A DNA stretch of 64,000 nt. Source: Nitrosopumilus sp. (GTDB lineage Archaea; Thermoproteota; Nitrososphaeria; Nitrososphaerales; Nitrosopumilaceae). The notes under the pieces were generated by a model. It was not told the origin of the DNA. It saw nothing but the letters and a program-made list of their open reading frames with translations, and ran no database searches. Each line of letters starts with the position of its first letter. The first letter of the stretch is position 1. The stretch is taken from positions 736,001 to 800,000 of the forward strand of contig OZ240211.1 in NCBI GenBank assembly GCA_965197525.1. Direction: 5' to 3'. Of this stretch, positions 58,721-64,000 are shown piece after piece. Both the position numbers and the translations under genes were made by a program.

Positions 58721-59909
58721 AAGTATCAGATCTAAAAGAATATTTTGTTTTAAACGGAGAAAATGATCGCAATTCTTTTACTATTTGTTTAAGAGAAGAT
58801 ACAGTCTGGATTATCTCTTTTTCATGATTAAAAATTCCAACAGTTAATCGTAAAGAACCGGTAATCTGCTCGTGAGAAAATCCCATAGCCTGTAAAACAT
58901 GAGATGCTTTTTGAGTATTGACAGAGCATGCAGAGCCTGTAGATGCAGCAATACCATGCTCATCAAGTTTGAGAATGAGATCCTCCCCATTTACACCAAG
59001 AAAGGTAAAATGAGCGTTATGTGGCAATCGGTGTTTAGGATCACCATTAAGAGTTGCCTGAGGAATATCGTGTAGCACTTTATCAACTAGGGTATCCCTA
59101 AGCGTAGTCATAAAACTAGTATTCATAGACAGGTTATTTCGTGCCAGTTCGCACGCTCTGCCGAATCCAACAATACTGGCAACATTTTCAGTTCCAGAAC
59201 GCAACCCACGTTCTTGTCCACCGCCTAAAATTATTGGGTTCATATCAATACCATTTTTTATGTATAATGCACCAACCCCTTTAGGACCGTAAAGTTTGTG
59301 AGAGGATATCGACATCAGATCAATTCCTAATTCTTTTACATCAATAGGAACCTTACCTACGGCTTGAATAGCATCAGTATGAAAAAGGATTTTATGTTTA
59401 TTGCATATTGTAGAAATATCAGAGATTGGCTGAATGGTACCTACCTCATTATTACCAAACATTATCGAAACAATACATGTGCGATTCGAAATCTTGGATT
59501 CTAATTCAGAGGGATCAACCATGCCAAATGAGTCAACTGGTAGATGAATAACATTGAATCCGTCTTGAGCCAATTTTTTACAGGGCTCTAAAATTGCATC
59601 ATGCTCAATTTGGGATGTAATAACATCATGACAAGAATTATTTTTTGACGTTTTAGATGCCATTGCAGTCATACCCATCAATACGGTATTGTTTGATTCT
59701 GTACCTCCAGAAGTTATTAAGATTTCAGATGGATCAGCATTGATTAATAACGCAATCTGTTTTTTTGCTTTTTCTATAGCTCTACGTGCAAATCTGCCAT
59801 ACCTATGGAGCGATGACGGATTTCCGTACTCCTCTTTGAGGTAAGGTAGCATTGCAGTCAGGACGTCTTGGTGTATAGGAGTAGACGCGGCATTGTCAAG
59901 ATATATCAA
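58719..59909 (-). CDS. iscS: Cysteine desulfurase (IscS/NifS group I)
   Basis: IYLDNAASTP, SSHKLYGPKG (PLP Lys), ASTGSACS (catalytic Cys). Confidence 0.95.
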   Translation of the reverse strand: MIYLDNAASTPIHQDVLTAMLPYLKEEYGNPSSLHRYGRFARRAIEKAKKQIALLINADPSEILITSGGTESNNTVLMGMTAMASKTSKNNSCHDVITSQIEHDAILEPCKKLAQDGFNVIHLPVDSFGMVDPSELESKISNRTCIVSIMFGNNEVGTIQPISDISTICNKHKILFHTDAIQAVGKVPIDVKELGIDLMSISSHKLYGPKGVGALYIKNGIDMNPIILGGGQERGLRSGTENVASIVGFGRACELARNNLSMNTSFMTTLRDTLVDKVLHDIPQATLNGDPKHRLPHNAHFTFLGVNGEDLILKLDEHGIAASTGSACSVNTQKASHVLQAMGFSHEQITGSLRLTVGIFNHEKEIIQTVSSLKQIVKELRSFSPFKTKYSFRSDT

Positions 59910-60703
59910 TCGGCCATCACGTTAATTTTTCCTGGTCTGTATCCTTCTGCATCGATTTTGACTGTATTGAAGCCAATCAATTTTAATTTTTCAGTGATCT
60001 GCTGTAATGTGACACCATCAATGGCAGGTATCATTTTTTTATCTACTTCGATCTTGGCAGAACCGTCAATGTCACGAACTCGAACCTGTTTGATGTTTGT
60101 TAGTTGTTTGATGATGGTCTCACCTAACTCTATACGAGTTAGTCTCTCAGCAGTAACTTTGGTGCCCCAAGGGATTCTAGACGCTAGGCATGAATTTGAT
60201 GGCTTGTCATATACAGACAGACCAACCATCTCTGCTGCTTCTCTAACCTGAGATTTGGAAAAACGGGTATCAACTAGAGGACTTTGGATTCCATTCTGCC
60301 TTAATGCTTGAATGCCAGGCCTATAGTCACGGAGGTCGTCAAGATTGGTACCATCGACGATAACTGTAATGTTGTGCTGTTTTGCTAGCTGAACTAGTTT
60401 ACTTCCCAGCTCCATCCTACAATGGAAGCACCTGTTTGAATCGTTTTTTGTAAACTCGTCGTTCTCAAGTTCGTTATAGTTTAAGACGAGTTGTGTGATG
60501 CCAATCTCAGAACAGACGTGTTTGGCAGTAGCAAGTTCTTCTTCTGACAGAGTCTTATAGTCAGCAGTTACAGCAATAGACGCATTACCTAGTTTTTGAA
60601 ATGCAGCGTATGCTACAAGTGCACTATCAACACCTCCTGAAAGCGCAATCATTACTCTTTCTTTGCCCTCAAACCAATTTACAAGATCATCAAGGGCAGT
60701 CAT
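59906..60703 (-). CDS. larE: LarE sulfur transferase (NPN cofactor)
   Basis: SGGVDS PP-loop, RCFHCR, DGTNLDD...RPG, SCLASRIP. Confidence 0.92.
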   Translation of the reverse strand: MTALDDLVNWFEGKERVMIALSGGVDSALVAYAAFQKLGNASIAVTADYKTLSEEELATAKHVCSEIGITQLVLNYNELENDEFTKNDSNRCFHCRMELGSKLVQLAKQHNITVIVDGTNLDDLRDYRPGIQALRQNGIQSPLVDTRFSKSQVREAAEMVGLSVYDKPSNSCLASRIPWGTKVTAERLTRIELGETIIKQLTNIKQVRVRDIDGSAKIEVDKKMIPAIDGVTLQQITEKLKLIGFNTVKIDAEGYRPGKINVMAD

Positions 60704-62003
60704 TGCTACTCTCCAATTTTTCAATCTCTCGTCTAAGTAATGATTCTGTCTCCCTTATTGATTTACCAAGAATGTCAGATATTCTCTTTAGATCATCAAA
60801 CTCTATCTTCAAGCTAACGTTTCCCTTAAAAAAAGAACGCTTGTAATTTACATGAAATGTTTGATCATTTAAGGTCAGAGAGGCATTATGAGAAGAACGA
60901 GAGACGATAAATCGTGTTGAATCAGATACGCGAATTCCCAATGTTCCAGTCTCAGATATCAAAGTGTCGACTATTCCATCGATGGTATCACCAGTACAGA
61001 TAACAGATACAAGATTTGTAGGTCTTCCTTTTTTTGTAATTCCGTGATAGATGGAGATGTCTAGTGCGCCTCGGCTCATGACTTTTTCAACAAGGTTTCC
61101 CAGGATCTCACCTGAGACGTCATCAAGATTTGTTTCAAGAATCTTCACAGAATCGGTTTTAAGAGCATCATCGCAGTTGTGGTTATTGTTAGAGGTATTG
61201 TGATTGTCTTCTTTTTCATATTTGTTATTGTTATCAGCTCCAACTACAGATCCACGAATAACTTTCAAAACGTTTGCAAAGCTATCAAAATCATTCTGTC
61301 CAGCGCCATACCCAACTGAATCAACTTGCATTAATGGGCAATACCTTGCAGATTCATTTACCAGGTTTACTAGTATACATGCACCAGTAGGAGTTGTAAG
61401 CTCTTGATCCGCATCGCTACCTTGAATAATTAAATCAGAGTTCTTAAAGATCTCAAGAATTGCACTTGCGGGATTAGACATCGTGCCATGGGAAAAAGTT
61501 ACAGATCCACTGCCAACTGAAACAGGAAGGCAGAGAATCCTTTCATCAAATAGATCTAAATCTTCTAACGCAATTGTAACGCCTACGATATCAATGAGTG
61601 TATCAATGCTTGATGCTTCGTGAAGATGAACAGACTCCCTTGCAACACCGTGAATCTTTGATTCAGAGGAGATCAGAGTATCAATGCAAGAGTCTGCAAA
61701 AATTTGTGCCTTCTGGGACAGTCCGAGTTCCAAGACAGAGTGAGCAATCGCTTCTTTGATTGCAGTACCGCTACGTTGACTAACAGAATCTTCGACTAGT
61801 CCTAATGCTAGTTGGAGAGAACTAATACCATGTTTTTGAATCCTCTCAAGAGCAATATGTGATATTGTAGATTCCGGAAGGAATTGAGCCGATCTTTTGA
61901 CTCCTTGGATAACTTTGTCTTTGTCAGCACCTAGATCGACTAGGGAACACAATAACATATCACCTGACACTCCTGCAATCTGAGGATCAATAACAACGAC
62001 CAT
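60690..62003 (-). CDS. larC: LarC nickel insertase
   Basis: AGVSGDM, HLHE...D...DIVG, ELTTPTGA, ETNLDD. Confidence 0.92.
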   Translation of the reverse strand: MVVVIDPQIAGVSGDMLLCSLVDLGADKDKVIQGVKRSAQFLPESTISHIALERIQKHGISSLQLALGLVEDSVSQRSGTAIKEAIAHSVLELGLSQKAQIFADSCIDTLISSESKIHGVARESVHLHEASSIDTLIDIVGVTIALEDLDLFDERILCLPVSVGSGSVTFSHGTMSNPASAILEIFKNSDLIIQGSDADQELTTPTGACILVNLVNESARYCPLMQVDSVGYGAGQNDFDSFANVLKVIRGSVVGADNNNKYEKEDNHNTSNNNHNCDDALKTDSVKILETNLDDVSGEILGNLVEKVMSRGALDISIYHGITKKGRPTNLVSVICTGDTIDGIVDTLISETGTLGIRVSDSTRFIVSRSSHNASLTLNDQTFHVNYKRSFFKGNVSLKIEFDDLKRISDILGKSIRETESLLRREIEKLESSNDCP

Positions 62004-62086
62004 GATTGGAAATTATCAAAAATACTTATAAATTCGACTATAACCCAGCCATTAGATTTAATTATCAACGTTCAAGACAAAATTTC

Positions 62087-63001
62087 ATGATTACAATAAT
62101 TGGTTCTGGAAAAGTAGGCGGAGATGCTGCACTATTCTCGGCATTAAAAAAGATAGATAACGAAATTTTACTGCTAGATGTAGTAAAAGGGCTCCCACAA
62201 GGAGAGGCAATGGATATTAATCACATGCTATCAGAGCAAGGAATCGATGTAGAAGTAAGAGGTTCAAATGATTTTTCAGACATGAAAGGATCAAATGCTG
62301 TTGTGGTAGTAGCAGGGTCAGGAAGAAAACCAGGAATGACAAGGATGGATCTATTGAAGATTAACTCATCGATTGTAAAGAGCGTTGTAGAGAATATCAA
62401 AAAATACGCAGACGACTCTATAATAATACCAGTTACAAACCCACTTGACCCCATGACATACATCACTTACAAAGTATCAGGATTTGACAAGAGTAGAGTA
62501 TTTGGGATGGGAGGAATGCTTGATTTATCAAGATTTAAACAATTCATTCATCAGGCAACGGGATACTCGCGTGACTCTATCAGAGCACTAGTGATCGGAG
62601 AGCATGGAGAGAACATGTTGCCACTTCCGAGATTTTCAACAGTTTCAGGCATCCAACTATCATCATTTCTCTCAAAAGAAAAGCTAGATCAACTAGTTCA
62701 GGATACAAGACAAGTTGCAGCCAAAGTAATCGAATTGAAAGGATCCACAGTCCATGCACCAGGAAATGCAATATCGGCAATTCTAGAATCGATTCTAAGA
62801 GACAGGAAACAAGTAATACCGGTTGCAGCATATCTTGATGGCCAATATGGTCACTCAGATGTTACAATAGGCGTTCCTGCAGTTATTGGAAAAAACGGCA
62901 TAGACAGGATTGTAGAGTTGGATTTAGATGAGAATGAGAGGCAGGTATTTGATAAAGCAGTCACGGTTGTAAAAAGCGCGATTACAAGCATAAAGATCTA
63001 A
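62087..63001 (+). CDS. mdh: Malate dehydrogenase (LDH-like)
   Basis: [27 protein letters not shown]; ATG at 62087. Confidence 0.93.
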   Translation: MITIIGSGKVGGDAALFSALKKIDNEILLLDVVKGLPQGEAMDINHMLSEQGIDVEVRGSNDFSDMKGSNAVVVVAGSGRKPGMTRMDLLKINSSIVKSVVENIKKYADDSIIIPVTNPLDPMTYITYKVSGFDKSRVFGMGGMLDLSRFKQFIHQATGYSRDSIRALVIGEHGENMLPLPRFSTVSGIQLSSFLSKEKLDQLVQDTRQVAAKVIELKGSTVHAPGNAISAILESILRDRKQVIPVAAYLDGQYGHSDVTIGVPAVIGKNGIDRIVELDLDENERQVFDKAVTVVKSAITSIKI

Positions 63002-63105
63002 TCTGTTTTTATACTGCTTGAATCTGTACGCATTAAAAAGACTGTAGATATTATTATAACTATATGATCTAAGCATTTTTTTATGCTATCAAGTAAAAGA
63101 TATCA

Positions 63106-63894
63106 TTGGAAATCGATGATATTTTAGAATCATTACGAGATGGAAAGATAACATCAGACAAAGCAAAAAAGCTTCTGTCATTGTATAGTATTGAAGAGAT
63201 AGAAGGATTTGCAAAAATTGACATAAACCGAAGAGACAGACGAGGGATACCAGAAGTAGTTTTTGCAGAAACAAAACAGCTAGATGAGATTAAAAAAATT
63301 ACAAAGCGAATTTTAGAGAAGACAAACTCAGTAATCATATCAAGAATAAACAAAGAGGATCAACCAAAGATCATAACATATGCGAAGAGATTAAAAGTCA
63401 AGATAAAGACTGGCAAGAACGCATCATCACTGCTGTTGTTTAAAAAACCTATCAAGTTTCAGGGAGGAGTAGTAGGAATCATTACTGCAGGTACATCAGA
63501 TATCAAGATAGCAGAAGAGTCAAGGCTGATGTGTGAGGCAATGAATTGCAGATGCATTACAAGTTATGATGTAGGGGTTGCAGGAATTCAAAGAGTGCTT
63601 CCAGTTTTAAAAGAGATGACAGAACATGACGTAGACTGTATAATAGTAGCAGCAGGAATGGAAGGGGCTTTAGCCACTCTAGTATCCACGCTAGTAGACA
63701 TACCGATCATAGGAGTCCCAACATCTGTAGGATATGGATACGGAGAGAAAGGAATTGCAGCACTTGCGTCAATGCTTCAGAGCTGTTCTTTGGGACTGTC
63801 AGTTGTGAATATTGATAACGGAATTGCAGCAGGTGCAATAGCTGCAAATATTGCAAATAGAGCAGTTAAGAAAAATAACTCCAAGAGAATATAG
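63106..63894 (+). CDS. larB: LarB carboxylase/hydrolase (PurE-like)
   Basis: RRGIPEVVF, AGTSD, DVGVAG, AGMEGAL, VPTSVGYG, VVNIDNG. Confidence 0.93.
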   Translation: MEIDDILESLRDGKITSDKAKKLLSLYSIEEIEGFAKIDINRRDRRGIPEVVFAETKQLDEIKKITKRILEKTNSVIISRINKEDQPKIITYAKRLKVKIKTGKNASSLLLFKKPIKFQGGVVGIITAGTSDIKIAEESRLMCEAMNCRCITSYDVGVAGIQRVLPVLKEMTEHDVDCIIVAAGMEGALATLVSTLVDIPIIGVPTSVGYGYGEKGIAALASMLQSCSLGLSVVNIDNGIAAGAIAANIANRAVKKNNSKRI

Positions 63895-63983
63895 CACCAA
63901 TGCTGCAAGATGAAATCTGACAAATTTTTGTATTTACTTGTACGCAGATTCAAGTACAGTCAGTAGAGACAACATCAAGCACG

Positions 63984-64000
63984 GGTTCTGTGAAGTTATC
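63984..64000 (+). repeat. IS6-type end truncated by the window edge (copy E5)
   Basis: GGTTCTGTGAAGTTATC is identical to the first 17 nt of the E2 TIR. Confidence 0.75.

Overview
Archaeal chromosome segment, most likely Nitrososphaerota (Thaumarchaeota, Nitrosopumilaceae-like). The call rests on an unsplit Rpo1, the rpoH-B-A-Lsm...rpl30e-nusA-rps12-rps7 order, four PEFG-CTERM proteins and an intron-containing tRNA. Core genes are rpl12, alaS, leuS, the RNAP/ribosomal cluster, mdh, larBCE and a cysteine desulfurase. They are interleaved with a ~21 kb frameshifted giant repeat surface-protein gene, a Fic gene, a DUF3800 gene and many IS6-family ends (GGTTCTGT...). The main signal is a family of TnpB cassettes bounded by IS6-type terminal inverted repeats rather than IS200/IS605 ends. 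One intact copy (2455-3742) has perfect 25-bp TIRs and an 8-bp target-site duplication. A second intact copy, two ORF-decayed copies that keep the 3' (putative omegaRNA) part, and a fifth end at the window edge are also present. In all four copies the sequence after the conserved 3' block folds back onto that copy's own right TIR. An autonomous IS6-like element (10475-12444, 29-bp TIR, 8-bp TSD) carries a canonical-looking box C/D RNA just upstream of its transposase. All calls were made by eye without database searches, and I could not check novelty against the literature.
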